The position numbers were made by a program, and so were the translations under genes. DNA of 64,000 nt, taken from the sequence record OQ603353.1. The stretch is one strand, 5' to 3'. How positions within the stretch are numbered: position 1 is the first letter of the stretch; each line of letters begins with the position of its first letter. Under the pieces are notes generated by a model that saw nothing but the letters and a program-made list of their open reading frames with translations, searched no databases and was not told the origin of the DNA. Below, in pieces: positions 20,487 to 30,385 of the stretch.

Positions 20487-22089
20487 CCGTGACCGATATG
20501 ATGAGGAAGCTTACGTGCCTCTGACGCTGGGTCAGATCATCAAGTGGGTGGAGACACAGCCGGAAGGGCAATGCTTCCATGGCCTGCACATGCCGCACAG
20601 CTACCGGGGCTACTACCAATGCTTGGCGTTCACCCCTAGCCCGGAGACTCTCAGCAAGGCAGAACTGCTGCATAGGCTTCGGGAAGGCGTAGGCGTATAC
20701 GACGGGTACAAGGGTGGTGTCTACCGCATGGGCCTCGACACCGAGTGCTACCTTGCTCGATACGGTGAGACGGGTGCGCCCATGTGCATGCGGTGGCTGG
20801 AGGATGAACTTCGGGTAACGGTGACGATGGTGCCGGAGAGTACAGCGCGCGCATCACGGGATGCCGTAGCCGATGTACAATCAGAGACAGCGGTGGAGGA
20901 AGCACGGGATGCGCGCGCTGTACCCGTAGACCCTGTGTCCACCCATCACGTGCATCGGGGTGCAGAGTCCCTGCCCTGCTACTGTGCACGCACGACAGAC
21001 CACCCGAACGGCCATGAGCTACTGTGGGAGAACCCCGCACCTCATGCTGCTGGCGCACCGTCGCCCTCTGCCCAAATGAAGATCAGTAGCCTGCCTGCTG
21101 ACAAGATGGACCCGGTGGATCACCTCGAATCCCTGCCTCCCGATATGCGTCTTGGTTCTGCTGACTATCTCGACTACCTTGACTCGGATACGCCGATGAC
21201 CACCAGTGATCCCAACGATTTGGTTGAACGTTGCAACAAGTACATGGCGCTGCGTGAGCGAGCCGAACAGGGCTTGTATGCGGTGGCGCGCGCTGCACAG
21301 GAAATGCGGGCGGTGTCTCAGCGTGGTAAGGACGCAGCCATTGTCCTTACCGAGACTCTCCCATCTGAGCAGATGCGTCAAAGCATTCGGTCTACCGTTG
21401 CGTTCTTCGCTGCACAGGAGGAGCGCATGACCGACATTCTCAACACCCTCTCGGCAGCGCGCGACAATGCTTTGCAGAAGGGTGACTGCCGGAGGATTGA
21501 TGGCCAGTGGTACGTCTGCACTGATCCCGATATGGCACGCTTCGTTACCTTTGATGGGATGGAGACTCCGTGCACCAACCTCAAGCGAGCGTATGATGCT
21601 CTTCGGTTCTACGTTGATGCCAGCGACACTGAGTTGGAGGAACGTGGGATTGATCGCGCTGAGGCACTGCGTCTTGCCCGTGATGCTGAGCGCGCGCTGC
21701 ACAACCACCTGAGCAAGGACCCAGATGACGTGTGGTGGGCCGAACCCCTGCCGCTTACTGCTATCGACCACGGTGCTGTCGTTCCCCTTGATACCGAATG
21801 GCAGGTGACCACCAATCCGGTGCCTGCCGATGCTGATCTTGGTGGCGAGGATGGTCCCGTGTGGGCTGTGATGCTGCCGCTGTCCATCGGGCCGAACGCC
21901 TACTACGATCCTTCCCCGCTGATCCAGCGTTTCAACCGAGGCTCCCACGTCCACTTCTTCCGTAAGGCTACGGCCACGAAGATCCGCGATCACTTCAACG
22001 CAATGGTGCGCACGAGCACCGAACAGCCGTTGGCCGAGATCGTTCACCACACCCTACAGCGACACGTACCCGGAGACAACAATGCTTGA
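20473..22089 (+). CDS. large mosaic hypothetical protein
   Basis: AAGGAG RBS; several unrelated-looking segments in one frame. Confidence 0.65.
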   Translation: MLQIDRDRYDEEAYVPLTLGQIIKWVETQPEGQCFHGLHMPHSYRGYYQCLAFTPSPETLSKAELLHRLREGVGVYDGYKGGVYRMGLDTECYLARYGETGAPMCMRWLEDELRVTVTMVPESTARASRDAVADVQSETAVEEARDARAVPVDPVSTHHVHRGAESLPCYCARTTDHPNGHELLWENPAPHAAGAPSPSAQMKISSLPADKMDPVDHLESLPPDMRLGSADYLDYLDSDTPMTTSDPNDLVERCNKYMALRERAEQGLYAVARAAQEMRAVSQRGKDAAIVLTETLPSEQMRQSIRSTVAFFAAQEERMTDILNTLSAARDNALQKGDCRRIDGQWYVCTDPDMARFVTFDGMETPCTNLKRAYDALRFYVDASDTELEERGIDRAEALRLARDAERALHNHLSKDPDDVWWAEPLPLTAIDHGAVVPLDTEWQVTTNPVPADADLGGEDGPVWAVMLPLSIGPNAYYDPSPLIQRFNRGSHVHFFRKATATKIRDHFNAMVRTSTEQPLAEIVHHTLQRHVPGDNNA

Positions 22090-22456
22090 CCTTAGCAATG
22101 ACGAACTGGCCAATGCCCTCAACAGCATCAACATGCAGAACTTCACTCTGTCCTCGGGCACAGAGGCGATGCAGGGTATCGCACGTGGACTCCGCGCTTT
22201 CAGCTCTACGCGTAGCGCCCTGCATGAAATGCACCTCACCACCGAAGCTCTGCACGCTGAGTGGACGAAGAAGCTGGAAGAGGCCAGCCATGAACAGCGC
22301 GCTCACGTACTGGCGATCCTGAGTTCCCTTGCACAACAGCGCGCGGGTCTGCACAAAGCACTGACCACCATCACGCACACCGAAGACATGATCCTCTCCA
22401 TCGCCACTGAACTGACGGGCGTTACCTTCCCCGCGGAGGCCGCAGAATGGGTCTGA
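22082..22456 (+). CDS. hypothetical coiled-coil protein
   Basis: Coupled ORF. Confidence 0.6.
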   Translation: MLDLSNDELANALNSINMQNFTLSSGTEAMQGIARGLRAFSSTRSALHEMHLTTEALHAEWTKKLEEASHEQRAHVLAILSSLAQQRAGLHKALTTITHTEDMILSIATELTGVTFPAEAAEWV

Positions 22457-22605
22457 GTGATTGCCCTAAGTGTTGGGACACGCCGTGTGGCTGCGGCCAC
22501 CAGTACGAACAGTGGACAGAAGAACGTCTGCGTGACCACATCAAGATGCTGGAAATGGTGCTTGCCAAGAAGCAGGCGCAACGATACAAAGGAGAGTCCA
22601 AGTGA
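22447..22605 (+). CDS. 52-aa Cys-rich protein (MGLSDCPKCWDTPCGCG...)
   Basis: Translated by hand; fills the gap, with GTGA overlap to the next gene. Confidence 0.65.
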   Translation: MGLSDCPKCWDTPCGCGHQYEQWTEERLRDHIKMLEMVLAKKQAQRYKGESK

Positions 22606-22874
22606 GCATGTATCGAGTTGTGTTGCAGCCTGTATGCAGGGCGTTCGGCGGTTGGGTGAGCGACCCGGATCGTGTTGAGCGCAGTCACCTGATGAACACC
22701 ACGGATACACTGGCGGTGTTGCAGTTTGACGACAACGGCGAATCCACCGGCAAAACGTTGTCCCAGACCTACCTGTTCCTGTGCCTCGGTGACATTGTGG
22801 AACTCCACGACGACCAAGGCAGCATCGGACACCACCGCGTACTGGACGTGATGGATGCGGAGGTAGCGCAATGA
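22602..22874 (+). CDS. hypothetical protein
   Basis: AAGGAG upstream. Confidence 0.6.
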   Translation: MSMYRVVLQPVCRAFGGWVSDPDRVERSHLMNTTDTLAVLQFDDNGESTGKTLSQTYLFLCLGDIVELHDDQGSIGHHRVLDVMDAEVAQ

Positions 22875-23033
22875 ACGTGGTACAACATCGGGAAGCTCAA
22901 CCACCATGAAGGCGAGGTCATCCTGCATCCCGGCACCAAGTACAAGGTATCGCACCACTCCCAGCACACTGATCCCGACAGCGGGCACATCTACCACGTG
23001 GTCCACCTGACCGCACACAGTCCGAAGCACTAA
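22875..23033 (+). pseudogene. start-less 3' remnant of a His-rich ADP-ribosyltransferase
   Basis: 52 codons TWYNIGKLNHHEGEVILHPGTKYKVSHH...; the ExE-VILH-G-K-KV segment matches the C-terminus of the ART at 25511. Confidence 0.7.
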
Positions 23034-23039
23034 TCCGAA

Positions 23040-23073
23040 GGGCCTATCCTGCTAACGTGGGGTAGGCCCTTTT
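23040..23073 (+). terminator. Rho-independent terminator
   Basis: GGGCCTATCC / GGGTAGGCCC stem plus TTTT. Confidence 0.8.
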
Positions 23074-23157
23074 GCATAGCCCGGCGATAGGTTCCAATTT
23101 CGTGCAAGTTGTCCCTGAATCGAACCTGAACGGCAGCTGAACGAAAATGAACAGTGG

Positions 23158-23186
23158 TTGACAGGGGGATAGGGTCCAGGCATAAT
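23158..23186 (+). promoter_or_regulatory. host sigma70-type promoter
   Basis: TTGACA (23158-63), 17-nt spacer, CATAAT (23181-86). Confidence 0.85.
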
Positions 23187-23268
23187 AGGCTTGTGGTAGG
23201 GAAACAAGGGCGTCAGCCCACCGGGACCCACCTATCGGAACCCCTAGTCAGATACCTCGGAGAATCTC

Positions 23269-25425
23269 ATGAAGCGCAAGTCCCCTCGGAACCGTCCCCT
23301 GATCGCTGAACTGATGCCGGTACGCGCTGCCGCCGAGCGCATGGACCTTCGGACCGCCAACCTGTCCAGCCACCTGATGACGGTGGAGTTTCTGGAGCAG
23401 GACGACTCCCAGGTTATCCTGACCTTCATGCTGAACAAGAATGACCAGCTGGTGGCCTCGGTGGAACTGGAACGTGCGGGTCATGTGCAGTGCGCCACCC
23501 CTTACCTGCGCGGTGCCATGCTTCGGAACAGCCTGAGCGCCACGCTTGACGACTATGACGTGGAGCGCGACCGCATCGCCTCGGTCATCGCCTTCCTCGA
23601 CAGCATCGTCTAACCCTTCGGAGCCCCTCATGAACGCCAACGTCCTCGCCCTGATCGTACAGACCGCCGTTGAAATGGGACTGGTGGTCCAGCATACTGC
23701 CAACGACATTACTGTCCTGTTTGATGAATCGGAGATGGAAGCGGCAGGCATGTTGGTGCAAGCTGCTCCGGCCCTTCGATTTGTGTATGGCCCTGTCCTG
23801 ACCGCCTACCCCGAAGCTCACATGGGATACCACGAAGGGGAGTTGCAGGCCATCGGGTTCGCCACCAAGGGCGTTCGGGGCGACGAACTGCGCGACTGCA
23901 TCGAAAAGATGAAGACCCACTTCAAGCCCGAAGCCGTCATGCCCCTCTTTACCTTCCTCGGCCTGCTGAACCGCAACGCCGCCAACCACTAAGGAACCGA
24001 CCATGAAGATCAAGACCATCCCGCTGACCGCCGTTGTTATCTCGGCCATCCTTTGGGCCGTCGCCATGATTGGCAGCGCCCCGTTCGTCGGCCCCACCCT
24101 TTCCACCACCGTCCGCGCCTAACCCACCCAGCATCCAAAGGAATGACCATGAGCAAGTACCCCGCAATCGCCAACCTCGATCACGTCATCACTCAGACCG
24201 TCCAGTTCGGGCTGGATGACTACGCGGGCCAGACGGATCACGTGCCCGAGGCCGTCGCCCACAGCATCGCCTACATCGCCAGCTGCTTGATGGCCCAGCA
24301 CACCACCAATGGTTACCTCGGCGTGCCCACCGACGCCGCCCTGAACGCCCTGCAAATCACCACGGTCCACATGAGCTACGAAGACCGACTGGCGCTGACC
24401 CGCGCCTTCATTGCAGAATACGGCGGCGTCAAGTGATCCGCATCCTCGCCCTGCTGATCGTCACCCTGTCCACCATCCTGACCTACCGGAACTAACATGA
24501 ACGCCAAGACCAAGACCACTTCGGACGTCAACGCACAGCGCGATGCCATGCAGAAAGCCAATGCGGCCGAGCAATTCCGTCGTCACTCCCTGCTGCACAC
24601 CATGACGGCCGACGGTCCCCTGTTCGTCCCCCTCGACAAGGCCCACACCTTCGGCCTCGCCCCTGCTGGCCGTGGCGGTGCTGCCTACCTTGATGCACTG
24701 GAAGCCCTCGGCCTCATGGCTGCACTGGTGCCCCACGCAACCAACCCGGACACGTGGGGCGGCTACCTCGTCTGCCGGTCCAGCTGGGCACGCGAGCAAG
24801 TGGGTCCGGACGACGCCAAGTTCCTCTGACCCACCCTGTAAACCTAGATTAGACCCTGCCGCCTTCGGGCGGCTTTGTCGTGTCTGCCCTCCCGACCTAA
24901 AGGAACCATCATGAACAAGCTCTCCGCATTCTTCTCCAACCTGATCGCCTCTTCCGCTACCGACATTGACGGGTTCTCCATCAAGGTCAAAGGTGAGCGC
25001 ACGCTGGAACTGCTGGATGAAGGGCGTGCCGCTGTGGCCGACCCTGAGTTCGTGCAGCGCCACGGCAACTACTGGCACTTCGTCGAACAGAAGCATCCCG
25101 AGTACCTGCTGGTCAGCACGGGCCGACTGGTCATCGTCAAGGTACTCCCCGACAACGCCATCGACGCAGCCGCATGAGTACCGACACCCCGTTGCCCAAC
25201 GTCGAGGCCGTGACCCACAACACCTTCGTGGTGCGCACGCAAGCAGGCTTCCGACAGGCCCTCAAAGCATGGGGCGGTAAGGTAAAGGGCGACACGATTC
25301 ACGACTGGCCCACCGCCTATCCGAGTCTTGTCACGTTCACCGTCGGCTACTGCGGGTATCATTACGTGCAGTGTACTGCCATCCACCTCAACACACTGAT
25401 GCCCGTAGTGGGCCGGCACGCATAA
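23269..25425 (+). other. putative early operon of small genes (23269-23613, 23630-23992, 24003-24122, 24149-24436, 24433-24495, 24497-24829, 24911-25177, 25174-25425)
   Basis: Follows the sigma70 promoter; strong C-ending codon bias; AAGGA RBSs. Confidence 0.7.
24858..24876 (+). terminator. GCCGCC-TTCG-GGCGGC hairpin, probable terminator
   Basis: UUCG loop with short T-tract. Confidence 0.6.
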
Positions 25426-25475
25426 GGAAATCCCATGCCCGACGTTACCCTGCACCTGTGCATCATCTGAGTCCT

Positions 25476-25485
25476 CTAATTTCAG
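25476..25485 (+). promoter_or_regulatory. candidate late promoter CTAATTTCAG
   Basis: Identical 10-mer 23-25 nt upstream of both His-rich genes. Confidence 0.55.
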
Positions 25486-25510
25486 GTGTCTTCCCCTAAG
25501 CAGAGAAACC

Positions 25511-26299
25511 ATGAGAGTCCTGTCTACCGTAGGGTCCAACAAGTTCGTCTGGACCGATCATCACCTAGACTACACCGCACCCGAAGACGATTCGCTATCT
25601 AGTGAGACTGCTTCCTCCGAAGAACACGCTCATGCGTTGAAACGTACTTCCTTACATCCCGAAGACCAAAAAGGGCACAAGGCACACGTAACTCGGGCAC
25701 GCCAAACATCCGAACACGTTGGCCATGCAGTAGATCACTACAGAAGTATCGGACACAACGATTTTAACCGAGAACTCCGCCATCCCTCCCACAAGGGTAA
25801 GATCAAAGGCAACGGTGACTACAACTTCACCGACCATTCGCTACATGATCTGCATAAAGGATTGGGGCACGCTACCAGTTATCAGCTGAAACACAAGACC
25901 GCTGTGTACCGTGGGGTGGGCGAAGCCGCCCACAAGATCAAGGCGCTCAAGAAGGGAGACACCTTCACTGACCACGGGTACACCAGTACCAGCCATAGCC
26001 CCTCAGTAGCCATTTCTTCCTTCGGTCATAGCGAGCACACGGGTACGCATCGAGAGCATCACGTCGTCAAGATTCATTTGCCCAAAGGCTCCAAGATTAT
26101 GCACGTACCTCACCACGTTGATGATGGCCTTACCCGGCATGAGGCAGAAACGGTGCTGCACCACGGTAACAAGTTCAAGGTCTTGGGTCACAGCGTCCAC
26201 GATCTACCGGGTAGTCCGTCCGGACACTCTTCCTCATTCGATAGCACCAAGCACCGGGTGCACGTAACCCACGTCAAGCTAGTAAAGCAACGCAAATGA
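25511..26299 (+). CDS. His-rich ADP-ribosyltransferase (R-S-E clade, VIP2/Alt-like)
   Basis: YRSIGHNDFNRELR, VYRG, GDTFTDHGYTSTS, HEAETVL; 39 of 262 residues are His (hand count). Confidence 0.88.
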   Translation: MRVLSTVGSNKFVWTDHHLDYTAPEDDSLSSETASSEEHAHALKRTSLHPEDQKGHKAHVTRARQTSEHVGHAVDHYRSIGHNDFNRELRHPSHKGKIKGNGDYNFTDHSLHDLHKGLGHATSYQLKHKTAVYRGVGEAAHKIKALKKGDTFTDHGYTSTSHSPSVAISSFGHSEHTGTHREHHVVKIHLPKGSKIMHVPHHVDDGLTRHEAETVLHHGNKFKVLGHSVHDLPGSPSGHSSSFDSTKHRVHVTHVKLVKQRK

Positions 26300-26306
26300 G
26301 CGACTC

Positions 26307-26328
26307 AGGCATCCGAAAGGGTGCCTTT
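26307..26328 (+). terminator. Rho-independent terminator
   Basis: AGGCATCC-GAAA-GGGTGCCT plus TT. Confidence 0.7.
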
Positions 26329-26355
26329 GTCGTTTCTGCGCTCCCGAGTCGAGGG

Positions 26356-26379
26356 TGCCATTTTGGCATCCTGTAAATA
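26356..26379 (+). promoter_or_regulatory. TGCCA-TTT-TGGCA plus TGTAAATA composite site
   Basis: Palindrome 3 nt before the promoter motif, then a GGAGG RBS. Confidence 0.7.
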
Positions 26380-26492
26380 TAGGGACAAAGGAGGCGCTAT
26401 GCCCCTCAAAGAACGGGTCCAACGGGGTGGCCCTTTTATCCCCGACTTCGTAGACGTTCGCTACATCACCCATAGCCCAACAAGGAAGCCCC

Positions 26493-29400
26493 ATGAGCCC
26501 GAAGCTCTGCATCATGAACGACACCCACAACCAGCAGTCGGCTGTGATCGTCACCATCCAGAAAGACGCGATTGACCACACGATAAAGTTTGCCTACGAG
26601 GGTGATCCGGAGGGCCCTCGTTTCCGCCTGCCCACCGATCGGGGTAGCCTGATGCGCCTGCGTGACCTGATCGACAGCGTGCTTGATCCGAGCGTGGTTC
26701 CTGTCAACACCCTGCGTCAGCTGGCCGACCGTTGGGCAGCTGATCGTGACTACAAGGGCAGCCCGGTTGACGACATTCGCGCGCTGATTGGCGACACGCA
26801 AGATTCAGCACCCACCCTCGATCCCAAGTATCAGACGGCGTTGAAGTTTGCTATAGGTCATCTGGACATGAGTGACCAACCCGAGTACGGACAGCTGCAA
26901 GAACTGTTGGCCATGACCGAGCGTGGGAAAGGTGCCTCCAACCCGTGCACGCACTACGAGGACACCACGACCGACTGCCACGTAGGACCGAACTGCATCT
27001 GCCAACACAAGGATTAACCATGAAACTTTCCCCAGCTACGGCCGATGCAATAGCCGACTTTATTCGCCTGCCCATTTCCAGCACGTCCCCTTGGGACCGG
27101 GTATCCTTCCACATAAACAAGACGCTCAAGGCCACTGCCACGTGTGGCACTTCGGTGCTGACAATTGTCAGCACAGACGAACACGACTTTGCCCAGCAGT
27201 TGCGCTTGGTGGTCGCTGGTGCTCGCCGCATGCAGGTAAAGGAAGATGAGGAAGGCTGTGAGTGCAGGGACGGTGAAGGATGCTCCGTGTGCTCTACGTT
27301 GCCACTCGCCAGTGCTCGTAAGGCGTGCAAGCGCGTGCGTAGGACTCCCGAAGAGGCAGTGCTAGAGTGTGACGAGTGCGATGCCGATCCGGGTGTGCCA
27401 TGTGACTGTGGTACCGAGAATGAGGACAACGCCCCTCTAGGGGCCAACTAGAAGCGAGCGCCGTGATGATCGCATTGTTCAAGATCGTAGTGACCTTGGC
27501 GTTGATCGGGGAAGCACTATGTACCGCGTGGGCCGCGTGGAGTGATCGAGCTTTGATGGGACGCACGTACACAATCCTCACCATCATCGCCGTGTTGTTT
27601 GCGGCCCTCGCAGTAGGCGCCATTACCTACCGCACTCTACAGTTGGATGGGACACTATCATGAACCTTGACGCACTCAGCGTTCTCTTCATCGTGGTATT
27701 CGTCCTGCTGTCGTTTGTGTTCCTGTGGCTGGGACGTGGTGCATGGCGTGGTCGTGCGCGTACCGGCATCGCCCCTGTCTTCGCCAGCGCCTTTGGTTTC
27801 GGTGCCTGCTACACTGGCATCCTCCTTCTACTGGAAAGGCTATGACCAACAAGACCTTCAACATCAAGACCGAGTTCTTCACCAAGCTGTGCATCTACCT
27901 GATGCTAGGTGGCCTAGTTACTGGTGTGATCGAACGCCAGTACGCCAAGGAGTGCCCCGGTGAGGCCGGTGGCATGTTGACCATCACCGAAGCTGGGATC
28001 GTCAGCGCCACGTGGCCTGCGTTGCTAGGCGCTACGGTGTTCCATCTACTGACCAAAGATGGGGCCGACCGTCCCACCCAATGCAAGAGCGCCCGAGGTG
28101 ATCTATGACCTTCGATCTGACCATCCAACCAATCTCGGGTTGGAGCGAAGAAAGGAACTGCTGGCTGCACCCGCCTAGCTTCGCCAAGGTGTACGAAGCC
28201 AGCCTCGATCCCGACCACCTGTTGCTGCGTGTGGTTCCCCACCGTCACAGCCATAGCGTCAGCTACCTGAGCGTCAAGGCCCAACACTTGGCGGTCAACG
28301 ACGTGGTAGTGTGGCCGTTCCCTACCGGCGAGCAGTTCGGGATCATCCACCACGTACCGAGTGTGATCTAATGGAAGAAGCCGTTAGCATGCTATACACC
28401 CACATAGACTGTCCGTATTGTGACAACACCTTTGAGGTCGAAGGCGATCAACGAGGTTCCGTAGTCACGTGCGATCATTGCGATAAGGAAATGTTGGTAT
28501 GACCAACCACGAACAAGCAATCACCGACGCACTGTGGAGAGACAATGGACACAATTGACCTGAGCAAACCCACACGTGTGGTCACTGGGACCGTGACTAT
28601 GCCTGCACCTGCCTTCCAGCAGATTCCGAAGGCCAACACGTACACTCGACTGTACACCCCAGCTGAAACCCTCAGTGACATGGGCCAAGAGTTTGACGCG
28701 GCGCTGCATGCTGCTGTCCAACCACTGGTTGCCACCTTTATTGAGCGTGGGGCCGACAGTCACGACATGGAAGCGTTGGCCGTCGCTATGGTGACCAGCG
28801 AGATTGCCAGTCTGCGCATGGCCCGGCAGCTGCGACGCCGCAACGAAGAACGCGAGGCAGAGCGGTTGCAGTTGGAGACCGACATTTTGCAGTATGGGGA
28901 TCGTGCCTACGAACTGTGGTGCGAACACCAGCACAATGCAGTCAAGCGAGAGAACCGTCCAACTTACTGGAGCCAGCTGCACCCACAACACAAAGCCGCG
29001 TGGGTCATTCGGGCCAAGCGCGAGGCAGAACAGACAGGATGCGAGGAGGCCCACGATGAATGATTGCCCGCTGTGCAAAGCAACTCGACCCACCTGCCCA
29101 TACGGTCCCGTGGTGGCCACCAACGTGAAGACCGGCAAGAAGGTATGGCTGTCTAGCGCGTTGGTCCAGAAGATCATGAAGCTTGTGCCCAATAAGGAGG
29201 CTACCGCATGACCGTCAAGCTCACAGGATGGACCAAGGCCGATGGGCACACGTTGTGGATGACACAAGATGGCGAACCTGTGTTCCGTGAAGGCCACCTG
29301 CCTGACCTCGGCCCCAACAAAGCTGTGCATCTTACGGGCAAGATGCCGCTGCTGGACGATCCTCGCTACCTCAAATACCCAGGTTACGAATACCTTGAGG

Positions 29401-29609
29401 CCATCAGCGACGATCAAACCCAGTACCTGATCGAGCCCAAGCGCAACACTCGCCTGCGGATACGTAGGAGCCCGACGTTGGTAGGTGGGTGGACTATGGA
29501 CATTCGGTCGTATGGTGAATGGGTTGTCTACCTTCCAGACGGTAGCAGCAAGACCATGATCCAAGATACGCTCGACAAAATCATTCGCTACGGTCCGGTG
29601 GGCGAATGA
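26493..29609 (+). other. run of small hypothetical genes (26493-27017, ~27020-27451, 27463-27663, 27660-27845, 27842-28108, 28105-28371, 28371-28502, 28545-29063, 29056-29211, 29208-29609), several with TM helices or CxxC pairs
   Basis: ATGA-coupled ORFs. Confidence 0.6.
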
Positions 29610-30385
29610 GGATTTTAGCCAAGTACGGCACCGGGAGTTCAGCTGTCTACATTGCAGTGGATGAGAGCACTCCCGATGTTGAGTACATCGTAACCTGCGC
29701 CGTAGAGCTACAGATTGGTCAGCAAGTTGAGGCGTCCAGTTGTTCGCTGCACACAGGGGTGCACACGCACCTTCCGTCTTACCTGTCGTTCCCATACCTG
29801 TACTCAGCCATGTCCGGTTTGTGGATGCTGTGCCGCCGTCAAAGCAATAGGCGTGCGCTGGTGCTGGGTTTAGGTGGCGGCAATGCCTCGCGTTACATTC
29901 GCTACACGTGGCCCGATGTAGCCCTAGTGTCTGTCGAAGCAAGTCCCGAAATGATCGCGGTGGCAAAGCTGTGGCCTGACGTCGGACCAGTCATTAAGGG
30001 CGATGCAGTGCAAGTGGTCAAGCGTACCGAAGCTGGGTACCTTGATTTCGTGCTGGTGGACTGCTATCCCTTCGAGAACAACACGATAGGCCAGCGGTTC
30101 TTTTCAACCGAGTTCCTGCGAGAGCTACGTAGTGTGTTGACCGACGACGGGATCGTGGCTTTCAACTTCATTGATGACGTGCCCCAGCTACCCGTAGCGG
30201 AGGTTGGGTTCAATGGAGGTGTGTTGGTGCGAAGCCCTGCGCGGTTACGGGAATCAAACAAGGTGGTGATGCTGACCAAGGCGCCGCTTGATCCCAACGA
30301 GTTTGTTACCGAGTGTCATTCATCCAATCCAGCTTACGCTTTGTCGCGGCAGCTGACTGACTTTACCTTTGAGGCATACCCATGA
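29606..30385 (+). CDS. spermidine-synthase-like SAM-dependent transferase
   Basis: ALVLGLGGG, VSVEASPEMI, GDA, VLVDCY, GIVAFN. Confidence 0.8.
   Translation: MRILAKYGTGSSAVYIAVDESTPDVEYIVTCAVELQIGQQVEASSCSLHTGVHTHLPSYLSFPYLYSAMSGLWMLCRRQSNRRALVLGLGGGNASRYIRYTWPDVALVSVEASPEMIAVAKLWPDVGPVIKGDAVQVVKRTEAGYLDFVLVDCYPFENNTIGQRFFSTEFLRELRSVLTDDGIVAFNFIDDVPQLPVAEVGFNGGVLVRSPARLRESNKVVMLTKAPLDPNEFVTECHSSNPAYALSRQLTDFTFEAYP

Noticed and set aside
28521-29966. 481-aa minus-strand ORF (also 49469-50950, 21019-22050, 6892-8061, 3717-4655)
   Set aside because: Opposite well-formed, coupled plus-strand genes; long antisense ORFs are expected with this GC3 bias.
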